From: a virus
Taxonomy: Duplodnaviria > Caudoviricetes
Virus record (IMG/VR): IMGVR_UViG_3300032227_000993
Reading direction: 5' to 3' (one strand)
DNA: 64,000 bases
Positions 45,205-54,807 of this stretch are shown one piece after another. Both the position numbers and the translations under genes were made by a program. Numbering within the stretch: position 1 is the stretch's first letter; every line of letters starts with the position of its first letter. The notes beneath the pieces were generated by a model that worked only from the letters and a program-made list of their open reading frames with translations, was not told the origin of the DNA and searched no databases.

Positions 45205-45854
45205 TAGTCCCAAAGCGCCTCAAAGTACCGACCAAATAATCTAAATCCGTTTGCCTTTCGAGCCTGCCAAGCATCATGCCCGGCTTTGTCATACTTGATC
45301 TTGCCAAAGTCTGTTTCCCATGGTGCCTTGTCATAATCACAATCACTATGATCAAAGAACTTGCCATCAGCATCATCGATTGTTTTTTGTTCAAAGGCCC
45401 AGATCATTTCATTGAGTACCCAGTCCCAACGCTCGTGTAAGGTAGAGTCTTCGTTGTCGATAGAGTGTAACTCGTTGGTATTAAATCCACGATCTTTAAG
45501 CTTCTTTTTACGCCGCTTGTACGCTTCAGATTGCAAGTGTACCGGCACGTCTTCGTCGTCAACCATGGGGCTGCCGTGTTTGGCTTTTTGTAGTAACTTT
45601 AGACTAGGCAAAATGATATCGGCCAGTGTATGATCTAAACTCCATATGTCCCAGCGGTCGATCTTGACATACACAATACGTGGGTGAATCTTATCCAGGA
45701 ACCATTGCCATGCTTCACACACAGGACCAACCAGCTTGTTAAAACGTTTGACCCAGGGCTCGTCATAATCTATTTCGCGCCAAAAGCATAACTTCTCTGC
45801 GATACTGTAGGGGCTGACCCAGTGGTTCCTGTATTTGCTAGTCCAAACTTTCAT
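45204..45854 (-). CDS. Conserved phage hypothetical protein
   Basis: KIDRWDIWSLDHTLADIILPSLKLL...KHGSP...RWDWVLNEMIWAF...GFRLFGRYFEALWD. Confidence 0.7.
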   Translation of the reverse strand: MKVWTSKYRNHWVSPYSIAEKLCFWREIDYDEPWVKRFNKLVGPVCEAWQWFLDKIHPRIVYVKIDRWDIWSLDHTLADIILPSLKLLQKAKHGSPMVDDEDVPVHLQSEAYKRRKKKLKDRGFNTNELHSIDNEDSTLHERWDWVLNEMIWAFEQKTIDDADGKFFDHSDCDYDKAPWETDFGKIKYDKAGHDAWQARKANGFRLFGRYFEALWD

Positions 45855-46036
45855 TACCAACTCCCGTCATCTATCCATACACGAATGGTCAAACATAACC
45901 ATCTAACTGATCCAGACCACTCGTTTGGTCCGCACCATTCATTGTAATCTCTTTGTGCTCGGGGGAGCAGGGGCCAGTGAATAGGATTCAGCGTGAATAC
46001 GACTGCAGCGCCTGAATACTTAAACCATGCTATCAT
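45854..46036 (-). CDS. Small hypothetical protein
   Basis: Coupled ORF. Confidence 0.5.
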   Translation of the reverse strand: MIAWFKYSGAAVVFTLNPIHWPLLPRAQRDYNEWCGPNEWSGSVRWLCLTIRVWIDDGSW

Positions 46037-46407
46037 ATGACCAGTGCTCCAATGATGCCCACGTAGGTCAAGTAATGTAGTCCTTGGTCAGCACCCAAGT
46101 AAACCCAAAATTCATGATCCTTTGGAGTGTACCTTTGGCTAAGATTGGTTTTGACCCAGTCGATATGATAGTGTACCAGGCCGTCGATCAGGCCAAATAC
46201 CACCGCGGCCACATGAGCATCCAATCTCCAAGGCAACACCACGAGTAAAACTATCATGGTGCCCACAGCGTGTTCAGCCGCATGAGCCAGGCCGCCGGCT
46301 GCTCCATAGGAGCCTTTGTCCTTGAGCATTTTACCATTTTGTAATACAAAATCACAGATAAAATGTTTGACACCAAATAGTGCCAGTAAGATTATTATGG
46401 TTGTCAT
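46033..46407 (-). CDS. DUF3307-like membrane protein
   Basis: HFICDFVLQ, H..EH, HYHIDWVK, LGADQGLH. Confidence 0.75.
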   Translation of the reverse strand: MTTIIILLALFGVKHFICDFVLQNGKMLKDKGSYGAAGGLAHAAEHAVGTMIVLLVVLPWRLDAHVAAVVFGLIDGLVHYHIDWVKTNLSQRYTPKDHEFWVYLGADQGLHYLTYVGIIGALVI

Positions 46408-46748
46408 TTACTTACAAGTTCCTCAAATTCTTTGATAATTTCTGGATCAGTGTTGTTGGCAATAACTGCTACTCGGTCTGGATATGCTATCTTAAATGCT
46501 TCTAACATGGCATTGATATCTTTACCTTGACAAACAAACTGATGGTCTTCTTTGCGATAACAATAGTATGTATCATTGTCTTTTTCTACCACGATACAAA
46601 TAAAAGAGTCTGATACATTTTTGATAGCGGCATGAATGTGTTGATCCAAGGTATTCATGACCAACTTGATACGATAGGCCAGATACAGCATTACCAAGCC
46701 TGCGCCTAACAAAATACCCACCGCAATCGCCACAATTGATTCGCTCAT
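46404..46748 (-). CDS. Membrane-anchored hypothetical protein
   Basis: N-terminal TM helix; FVCQGKD motif. Confidence 0.55.
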   Translation of the reverse strand: MSESIVAIAVGILLGAGLVMLYLAYRIKLVMNTLDQHIHAAIKNVSDSFICIVVEKDNDTYYCYRKEDHQFVCQGKDINAMLEAFKIAYPDRVAVIANNTDPEIIKEFEELVSK

Positions 46749-47173
46749 TTTATCTGTCTTTCTTTAAAATATTCTTCGTGTTGTACCCAACGGTTACCCT
46801 TTAAAAATCCCCACTCTCTCAGTTGCGGACCCGGAAAAAACATGGTCCAGCAGTCTACCCCGGGTTCCAGCTCAATTCTGTGATAATCAGTGCTGTGTCC
46901 AAAACGCACCTGTCCAGCACCCTTCCATTGTGGAGTTGGATTGTGTCGAGTGTATTCCCAATAACCGCCACGCAAGATAATGGTCATGTAAGGCCACGGG
47001 TGATCATGCAGGTCATCTGGGTCCGATTTAAGGAACTTGTGCACAAACACATTAAACGGGAACCAAGAACGATCTTTGAGGAAAATGTAGTATCTTTCCA
47101 AATAGGGTTCGTTATCTTCGCGATCCAAAATAACACGATGGCGACCTAAACGCTGGAATAGTTTCTTAAGCAT
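46745..47173 (-). CDS. Cupin-like conserved phage protein
   Basis: YLERYY, HKFLKSDPDDLHDHPW, YHRIEL, REWGF. Confidence 0.6.
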   Translation of the reverse strand: MLKKLFQRLGRHRVILDREDNEPYLERYYIFLKDRSWFPFNVFVHKFLKSDPDDLHDHPWPYMTIILRGGYWEYTRHNPTPQWKGAGQVRFGHSTDYHRIELEPGVDCWTMFFPGPQLREWGFLKGNRWVQHEEYFKERQIK

Positions 47174-47179
47174 ACAGCT

Positions 47180-47208
47180 ATTGTACAGCCTATTGATTTG
47201 TTTGTCAA
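47180..47208 (-). promoter_or_regulatory. Sigma70-type promoter
   Basis: TTGACA-N17-TACAAT; ATG 6 nt downstream. Confidence 0.8.
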
Positions 47209-47272
47209 GGCGAAGCGGGCCTTGCACCCGCTTCTAATCGTTAAACACTACCGAATGGAGTGTTTGGGATGA

Positions 47273-47545
47273 TTATACTAAGCCAACAGCAAGAGCTTTG
47301 TAACCAGCAGCGATCAATTGACGACTTGGCTTGGTCAATGCGTATTCTGTTACTTGTACGCCATTGCCAGCTTTACGGCTGATAGTTGCCACAGCAAAAC
47401 CGTTGGCACGAATACGGCTGATTTCTGCGCCTAAATTCTTAACGCCAAAACGTTTTTGAGCAGAACTAGCTGTCAAAGTGTCGCCTTGTTGCAATGCTAC
47501 TTGTACCTTGAAGGTCTTGGTTTCTTTTGAATATTGATATTTCAT
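47273..47545 (-). CDS. Winged helix-turn-helix-like DNA-binding protein
   Basis: LQQGDTLTASSAQKRFGVKNLGAEISRIRANGFAV. Confidence 0.55.
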   Translation of the reverse strand: MKYQYSKETKTFKVQVALQQGDTLTASSAQKRFGVKNLGAEISRIRANGFAVATISRKAGNGVQVTEYALTKPSRQLIAAGYKALAVGLV

Positions 47546-47596
47546 CGTTTTTCCTTTAAGTTAATAAACGTAGCTGTTTTTACGCAGCATACGCAT

Positions 47597-47625
47597 AGTA
47601 TACACTACCCTGCTGTAAAACACAA
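47597..47625 (-). promoter_or_regulatory. Sigma70-type promoter, divergent from the fibre cluster
   Basis: TTGTGT-N17-TATACT. Confidence 0.5.
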
Positions 47626-47684
47626 CATGGTTAGGTTAAGCATTTTACCATAAATAACTAAAATGGCTAACAAGGATCTCCTAA

Positions 47685-49208
47685 ATGTCTCAATACGTAA
47701 TTAACATCGGCGCAGCGGCAAACGACGGCACGGGCGACCCGTTACGCCTGGCTTTTAACGACACAAATTTAAACTTTGATCAAATTTTTGCGGCTGGTCC
47801 TGTGGACAGCAACATCCAAATTGCCAACAATACCATCCTTACCACCAATACCAATGGTAATTTGATCTTGGCCACCAACGGCACGGGCACCATTAGAGCT
47901 GCGGCCAACTTCCTTCCAGATATCGCAAATGTCCGGATGATCGGAACTGCTTCTAATCGTTTTAACACCATTTACGCACAGTATCTTAATGTATTGAGCA
48001 CCACGGTTTCTGGTAATTTGACTGTTTCCGGCAACTTGTTTGTGACCGGCAACACCATCACTGTGAATCAAGCCAACCTAAACGTGGCCAATACCCTGAT
48101 TACTCTGGCCGCAGGTGCCAACACAGCGGCTCAGGCCAATGGTGGCGGTATTTTCTTGGCCGGTGCCAATGCCAACATCACCTATTCACAGCTGACCGAT
48201 TCTTGGAATATGAATATTGCACTGGCTGTCAGCGACACAGTCACAGCCACTGCCTTTGTTGGTGATGGTTCACAGTTGTCCAATATCAACTCGGTAATCA
48301 ATGCCAACGACTTGATAGGCGATACGCTATCTGCCAACGTGCTGGACAGTTCGCTGGTGTCAGTTGGCGTATTGAATTCGTTATCAGTACAGGGTAATAT
48401 TGTTTCGTCTGGCAACATCAACGGCACACTATTTGGTGACGGCGGTAATATTTCCAACATCACCGGTGCCATTGTCACTGGTAATGTGCCTTCAGCCAAC
48501 TTCGCCTACTATGCGTCCACAGCAGGCACAGCCAATCTGGCCTATGTGGCTCAACAAGCAACCAATGCCGACGATGCGCTTCGTGCTATTGTAGCTGTTC
48601 GTGCCAATGTGGCCAATTTTGCCTTGCAAAGCGCCAATGCCAACGTGGCCAACTTGGCGCTTTACTCTTACACATCCAACACAGCCAACGTGGCCGGTAC
48701 CGCATATCAGTTGGCACCCACTGCCAATCTATCATTAACCGGCAACGTGGTCATTGGAGGCAACATCACTGCTGGTGGTATTAAAACCAACGGTTATTAC
48801 TATGCCAATGGCGCACCTTTTACCAGTGGTAACTCTACTCCAGGTGGCAACACCGGTCAAGTACAATTCAACAACGCAGGGGCATTTGATGGCGACTCAG
48901 GCTTGACTTACTCACCAAGCCTAAACACCTTGACAGTCAGCAATACTGTGGCCACTACAAACTTGACGTCAGTCAACATCCAAGCCACTGACGCTACTAT
49001 CTATGCCAACGTGGTTGCCAATGTTGTGTTGGCCACAAACGATGTGTATGGCAAAAGATTAACAGCAACAAACGGCATGGTTCTTAACGCAAGGACCATC
49101 ACTGAGGATTATGAATTAGACGGATACAACGCTGGTAGCGTGGGCCCGATCACGATTGCGTCTGGAGTTGTTGTAGACATTACAGATGGCAACTGGGTAA
49201 TATCCTAA
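47685..49208 (+). CDS. Tail fibre protein with gp9/gp10-like N-terminus
   Basis: INIGAAANDGTGDPLRLAFNDTNLNF; C-terminus shared with 11862..12536; TAAATA at 47646. Confidence 0.8.
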   Translation: MSQYVINIGAAANDGTGDPLRLAFNDTNLNFDQIFAAGPVDSNIQIANNTILTTNTNGNLILATNGTGTIRAAANFLPDIANVRMIGTASNRFNTIYAQYLNVLSTTVSGNLTVSGNLFVTGNTITVNQANLNVANTLITLAAGANTAAQANGGGIFLAGANANITYSQLTDSWNMNIALAVSDTVTATAFVGDGSQLSNINSVINANDLIGDTLSANVLDSSLVSVGVLNSLSVQGNIVSSGNINGTLFGDGGNISNITGAIVTGNVPSANFAYYASTAGTANLAYVAQQATNADDALRAIVAVRANVANFALQSANANVANLALYSYTSNTANVAGTAYQLAPTANLSLTGNVVIGGNITAGGIKTNGYYYANGAPFTSGNSTPGGNTGQVQFNNAGAFDGDSGLTYSPSLNTLTVSNTVATTNLTSVNIQATDATIYANVVANVVLATNDVYGKRLTATNGMVLNARTITEDYELDGYNAGSVGPITIASGVVVDITDGNWVIS

Positions 49209-49255
49209 TAGCAAATAACGGTAAATATTAAAAAATACAGGAATAGGACTTAAAA

Positions 49256-52200
49256 ATGACAATTAGACTCGACAGTGACTTAGGAATAAGCGCAACTGGT
49301 AATATTACTACAGATAATTATTTTATTGGTAATGGATCGCAACTCACAGGCATTGCTGCTTCGTATGGCAACGCCAATGTAACGACCTTACTAAGCGGTG
49401 GTACATTCACCGGCAATATTATTCCAGCTGGCAATGCTACACAGAGCCTGGGTAATGCCACTAATCAATGGAAAGACTTATGGGTCAGCAATGCCACTAT
49501 CTACATCAACAGTATTCCCTTGGGAGTAGGCAACACAGGTGTGCTACAGTTCGACGGTAACGATATTGTCACGTCCGGTCCTAATGTAATTAACACAGGT
49601 AATGTTGAAACTTCAGGTGATGTGATTGGAGGCAATTTGGTCATAGCCACTGGTGGGTTGACCTTTGCTGATGGGTCTGTACAAACAAGTGCTTACGGCA
49701 ATGCCAATGTTGAAGCCTATTTGCCTTCAAGCAATACTATTATCAGTATCAACAGTAATATTGCCAATACAAACAGTAATGTTGCTAATTTGTCATTAGA
49801 AGTAGCTAATCTTGCTACCTCAAGTTCTTTGGCCAACACCAACGCCAATGTGGCCAACTTGACTACAGATTTAGGCAATACCAATAGCAACGTGACCAAC
49901 TTATCTAATGCGTTGGGCAATACCAATGGCAATGTGGCCAACCTTGTTACTATCACAACCAACACAGATAGTAATGTGGCCAATTTGACTACAGATTTGG
50001 CCAATACCAATAGTAATGTTAGTAATTTAACCAGCACCGTTAGTGACCAAGGCAATGCCATTGCTAACTTGCAAGGCTCAACTTATTCTAATGCCAATGC
50101 TTCGGGTTTCTTGGCAGCCTTTGGGTCCAACACAATCAGTACCACGGGCAATATCACTGTTGGCGATGTTACTTTGAATAACCTTTACTCGCCCAACTAT
50201 TTTGCTAATGCCATAGCGTTTGCTAATGCTACTGGTTATGTCACTACCAGTAGTTTATTCAAGTACAATCCTGGCACAGAAGTCCTCACAGTAGGCGCCA
50301 TATCTACCACAGGTAACATCACTGGCAATTACATTATTGGCAATGGTAGCTTGTTGTCTAACATCACTGGTGCCAATGTAACAGGTGAAGTGGCTGTGGC
50401 CAACACAGTGAGCAATCCTACACAATCAAATATTACAGCCTTAGGCACTATAACATCGTTGACTGCCAATGGCATACAAGTTAACGGACAGTTTACTGCC
50501 AATGGCAACGCACAGTTTAACGACAATGTTTACTTTGCCGGCAATGTTTCTCTTGCTGGTAATATTACACAGATTAGTGGTAACTCGGGTCAGTTCTTTG
50601 GAAACACAGTAACAGGTTTTGACGCCCTCTATGCTGGCTTACCTTCTGGTTACACATTGTTGCCGCAGGAAGTAATTAACTTTACTACTAACTACGATGG
50701 CTACTCACAAGTGTTGGCTCGTAATATTAATACAGGTTCACAATCAACTACAGACTTTGTGGCAACATCTGACAACGGTACTGACGTTGCTAACTTTGTT
50801 GACTTAGGTGTTGCTGGATCAGGGTACAACGGCGCAGTAGCCAATAATAGTTTAGGAACTTCTGTATTCCCTAACGACTCTTACCTGTATGCTCAAGGCA
50901 ATACCAACGGTGGTAACTTAATTCTAGGTTCTAACCAAGCCAACGGTGTTGTTCGTATTATTGCTAACGGTCAAAGTAATATTGCCAATGTTGTTGCTAC
51001 ATTTAGCAGTAGCGGTATTAAACTTCCTGATACAATAACTATTGGTCCTGACTCAGGTAACTCCTACTTAACATTAGACAGATTTGGTATTACTGCTAAT
51101 ACACAAATGGTTCTAGCGGCGGCCAACGCATCCAGCGGCAACAACTCGTCAGTCTTGTTTGACAAAAACGGTGGCGGCATTACCTTACAGTTAGAAACTA
51201 ATGTTGGTCCTTCCCAAGCACTATGGAGATTCTACTCTGGTAACTTGACATTCCCAGATGGCTCCTCACAAACTACAGCATACGGCAATGCCAATGTAGC
51301 CGCTTACTTGCCAACATACACTGGCAACTTAACTGCTGGTAATCTTTTTGCTGGCGCCAACGGAGCAGTCTTAAACGACGGCGCTACTACTACATTTACA
51401 GGTGGCTGGAATGGCGCCAACGGCTACATTGGTGGCATTTCGATGCAGGCCATTGGCGATATAACTATCGAAGCCGCTAATCAGTTAACAGTATCAGCCG
51501 GCAATACAGCATACTTTACTGTTACATCTGGAAACGGCGTTTCTCTTGAAAGTAATCTTGTAGCAACTAACGGAAATTACAACATCACTGGATTTGATAC
51601 TGTTAGTGCTAACATTATTAGTGCTACTGGTAATATTACTGCTCGATCTGGAACCGCGTTTACTGAAATATCACCTGCGTACATACAGTTAGGCAACGAG
51701 CAAGGAGCTACACCGTATATTGATTTTAATAGTAGTACTGCTCTTGGCGATTACGATTCAAGAATTATTGCATCAGGCGGCAGTAATATTGGTGTTCCTG
51801 GTCAAGGCAATTTGGAGATTATTGCCAGCACACTAACAATAACAGGTGCAAACTTATTAGCTACTGGAAACATTAGTGCTACTGGTAATATTACCGGTGA
51901 CTATGCCTTGTTTAACGATATTCAGTTAAACGACTTATCAGCTAATGCTATTTTGTACACAGATGCTAACCGAAACGTTTGGAATACAGACTTTAGTTAC
52001 GACTCTACCAATAACACAATGTCAGGTGGTAATATTAGTGTCACTGGAAATGTAACAGCTGGTTACTTTATTGGTGACGGTAGTTTATTAACTGGTTTAC
52101 CTGCTGGTTACAGCGATGCCAACGTGGTTACCTTGTTAAGTGCCTTTGGTAGCAACACAATATCTACATCGGGCAATGTTAGCACTGGTAATATTGTAAC

Positions 52201-52612
52201 AGGTACTGGCACAGGCGGTAACATCACAGGTGTTAACATCATGTCAGCCAACGTGTTTATTGGAGACGGTGGTAACTTAACTAACTTGCCTTCCTCTGGT
52301 CTAGTAGTTGACTCAATGACTTCGGGTGCTAACATTACTGCTTCAGTAAACGATACACAGTACAACGTAACAGCCTTAGCTGTAAGTGCTAACGTAACTG
52401 CTCCTACTGGTGTTGCGCAAGACGGTCAGAAGTTAACTTATCGTATCGTTGACAACGGTACTCCACAAGCATTATCATGGGATCCTATCTATCAAGTTAT
52501 TGGCGTTACATTGCCAACAACTACAGTAGCCAGCAAATATGTTTATGTTGGTGTAATTTACAACGATCAAGATACAACGTGGGATGTAGTATCAGTGGCA
52601 CAGCAGGCTTAA
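49256..52612 (+). CDS. Giant fibre protein (1118 aa), paralog of 5804..11836
   Basis: Shared SATGNIT, LGNATNQWKDLWVSN, ANTNSNV heptads, GQFFG..GFDALYAG, DFVATSDNG modules. Confidence 0.85.
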   Translation: MTIRLDSDLGISATGNITTDNYFIGNGSQLTGIAASYGNANVTTLLSGGTFTGNIIPAGNATQSLGNATNQWKDLWVSNATIYINSIPLGVGNTGVLQFDGNDIVTSGPNVINTGNVETSGDVIGGNLVIATGGLTFADGSVQTSAYGNANVEAYLPSSNTIISINSNIANTNSNVANLSLEVANLATSSSLANTNANVANLTTDLGNTNSNVTNLSNALGNTNGNVANLVTITTNTDSNVANLTTDLANTNSNVSNLTSTVSDQGNAIANLQGSTYSNANASGFLAAFGSNTISTTGNITVGDVTLNNLYSPNYFANAIAFANATGYVTTSSLFKYNPGTEVLTVGAISTTGNITGNYIIGNGSLLSNITGANVTGEVAVANTVSNPTQSNITALGTITSLTANGIQVNGQFTANGNAQFNDNVYFAGNVSLAGNITQISGNSGQFFGNTVTGFDALYAGLPSGYTLLPQEVINFTTNYDGYSQVLARNINTGSQSTTDFVATSDNGTDVANFVDLGVAGSGYNGAVANNSLGTSVFPNDSYLYAQGNTNGGNLILGSNQANGVVRIIANGQSNIANVVATFSSSGIKLPDTITIGPDSGNSYLTLDRFGITANTQMVLAAANASSGNNSSVLFDKNGGGITLQLETNVGPSQALWRFYSGNLTFPDGSSQTTAYGNANVAAYLPTYTGNLTAGNLFAGANGAVLNDGATTTFTGGWNGANGYIGGISMQAIGDITIEAANQLTVSAGNTAYFTVTSGNGVSLESNLVATNGNYNITGFDTVSANIISATGNITARSGTAFTEISPAYIQLGNEQGATPYIDFNSSTALGDYDSRIIASGGSNIGVPGQGNLEIIASTLTITGANLLATGNISATGNITGDYALFNDIQLNDLSANAILYTDANRNVWNTDFSYDSTNNTMSGGNISVTGNVTAGYFIGDGSLLTGLPAGYSDANVVTLLSAFGSNTISTSGNVSTGNIVTGTGTGGNITGVNIMSANVFIGDGGNLTNLPSSGLVVDSMTSGANITASVNDTQYNVTALAVSANVTAPTGVAQDGQKLTYRIVDNGTPQALSWDPIYQVIGVTLPTTTVASKYVYVGVIYNDQDTTWDVVSVAQQA

Positions 52613-52623
52613 CAGGATAACAC

Positions 52624-54633
52624 ATGGCAAGTAGATTTTGGGTAGGTGGAACAGGTACTTGGTCGGCAAGTAACACTACAAACTGGGCGGCAACGTCAGG
52701 CGGTGCTGGTGGACAGTCGGTACCTGGACCTAGCGATACAGTTACTTTTGACGGCGCTTCTGGAACTTCGTTTACTGTAACCATTGAATCGGGCTACAAT
52801 CCCTCAGTTACTAGTGTGGCCGGTGGCTCTGCTACTGTTACACTTGACATAAACAATCAAACGCTAACAGTACAAACATTTACCTTTAGCAACCCAACTA
52901 ATGTGGCTCGTACCCTAGCGTTTGGTTCAACTGGACAAATCACAGTCACCGGCAACGGGGCTTCAGTGTTTAGTGTACAGACTGATACCGGTCTCACTAC
53001 CACAGGGTCCAGAAATGTGGTCTTTACCTATAGCGGCGGTGTGGGCACTAGAACTATTGGTACCAATACATTTGCAAACCTTAATAGCAACAGCTTAAAC
53101 TATTACGTCCAGGGCGGTACTGATATAGTTACCTTTGGTGGAGCATCAGGGATCATAGTTAGAAATCTTGACATGACCGGTTTTAGTGGAACCTTTAGCA
53201 CTAACATTGTTCGGGCCGCTGGCAACGTGACCTTCAGTCCTACTATGACCCTTACTGCAGTTTCTACAACTTTTAACTTTTCAGGCAGTTCTGGTGCTAC
53301 ACAAACCTTTACCTCAGCTGGACTGAGTCTTCCTGTGGGAATTACTGTCAATCCTACCGGAGGTGGTACTGTGGTGTTTGCCGATGATGTTACTATGCCT
53401 GCTACTCAAACATTGACTTTATCATCTGGCACATTAAATCTCAACAATCGCACAGTTTCAGTTGGCAGATTTAACGCCAGCGGCGCTACAGCTAGAGCAT
53501 TAGCACTTGGCACTAGTAGTGTACTGAATATCACCGGTGACAATGTCACCGTATGGAATGCGGCAAACGCTACCAACTTTAGCTACACCGGTGTAGGAAG
53601 TGTAAACTTTACCTACAGCGGTAGTGCAGGAACACGTGGCATACAACACGGAACCACTGGTGGCGGAACAGTAGCAACAAAACCTCCTCCAATGTATGTT
53701 ACAGGCGGATCGGATATTTTAGATCCAAAGATTGCTGGCAGTTGGTACGGCGATATAGATTACACTGGGTACACTGGTGTATTAGCAAATCTACTAACAA
53801 ATATTGCTGGCAATTTAATACTTGGTACTGGCATGACTGCCAACGCTGGTGCTAATGCTTACACCTTCGCAGGTAATACTACACAAACTATTGTTACCAA
53901 CGGAGTTACTACAGATTTTCCCATAACTATTGCTCAGCCCGCCGGCGGCACGTTTTCACTTGGCGAGCCATTGGCAATCGGCAATGCTCGCACACTAACA
54001 ATAACTGCCGGCAACTTGGTTACCAATGGATACAACATTACCGCTGGTAAATTTGCTGGCACAGGCAGTAGCACTCGTATTATTAATATTAGTAATAGCA
54101 ATGTAACACTTAACAGTTCCGGTGTTCCTGTTTGGAATATGACCGCATCGGGTAATGCTACATTGCAAGCCGCTAACTCCACTATTATTTTTGCCAACAG
54201 TTCAACTACAGTTAGAAGCATAGCTTGCGGCAACGGGTTAACTTATGGCAACATGGTAATAAGCGGGGCTAATGTTGCTCAGTTTAATTTTAGTGGTAGT
54301 GGTACATTTAATACTATTTCAACAGATAAATCTGTAAACCAAGCTATCTACTTTGATTCAGATACTACTACTACAGTTACTAACTGGGACATAGTAGGAA
54401 CAGCCAATGCTACTGTAACTCTCTCAGCAACTGGAGTTACTCCATTTAATTTAGTTAAAGCAGGTGGTGGCACAGTTGATGTTAGTTATCATAATATCAG
54501 CTATTCAAATGCTAGTCCTAGCAACACTTGGTATGCGTTGTATACCAATAACAATACCAACGGCGGCACTAACACAGGTTGGATATTTGAACTGCCAGCG
54601 GCAACAAGTAGCAACTTCTTTTTAGTATTTTAA
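52624..54633 (+). CDS. Beta-helical virion/fibre protein
   Basis: RFWVGGTGTW...NWAATSGGAGG.SVP start; autotransporter-passenger-like repeats; GGTNTGWIF end. Confidence 0.7.
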   Translation: MASRFWVGGTGTWSASNTTNWAATSGGAGGQSVPGPSDTVTFDGASGTSFTVTIESGYNPSVTSVAGGSATVTLDINNQTLTVQTFTFSNPTNVARTLAFGSTGQITVTGNGASVFSVQTDTGLTTTGSRNVVFTYSGGVGTRTIGTNTFANLNSNSLNYYVQGGTDIVTFGGASGIIVRNLDMTGFSGTFSTNIVRAAGNVTFSPTMTLTAVSTTFNFSGSSGATQTFTSAGLSLPVGITVNPTGGGTVVFADDVTMPATQTLTLSSGTLNLNNRTVSVGRFNASGATARALALGTSSVLNITGDNVTVWNAANATNFSYTGVGSVNFTYSGSAGTRGIQHGTTGGGTVATKPPPMYVTGGSDILDPKIAGSWYGDIDYTGYTGVLANLLTNIAGNLILGTGMTANAGANAYTFAGNTTQTIVTNGVTTDFPITIAQPAGGTFSLGEPLAIGNARTLTITAGNLVTNGYNITAGKFAGTGSSTRIINISNSNVTLNSSGVPVWNMTASGNATLQAANSTIIFANSSTTVRSIACGNGLTYGNMVISGANVAQFNFSGSGTFNTISTDKSVNQAIYFDSDTTTTVTNWDIVGTANATVTLSATGVTPFNLVKAGGGTVDVSYHNISYSNASPSNTWYALYTNNNTNGGTNTGWIFELPAATSSNFFLVF

Positions 54634-54643
54634 GGCGAACAAC

Positions 54644-54784
54644 ATGGACATTATTATTGAAACAGGCGTAACTATAGAACAAGGTGTTAGTATTGGTCAG
54701 TTCGCTGTAAACATACCAGGTTACTTAGCTACACAAGACGATAACCAATTGGTCACCGAGAGTGGTGATAATTTAGTAACATAG
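54644..54784 (+). CDS. Small virion-associated protein (46 aa, not in ORF track)
   Basis: MDIIIETGVTIEQGVSIG...LATQDDNQLVTESGDNLVT. Confidence 0.55.
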   Translation: MDIIIETGVTIEQGVSIGQFAVNIPGYLATQDDNQLVTESGDNLVT

Positions 54785-54807
54785 AAATTAATTAAGGAAA
54801 GATTTAA

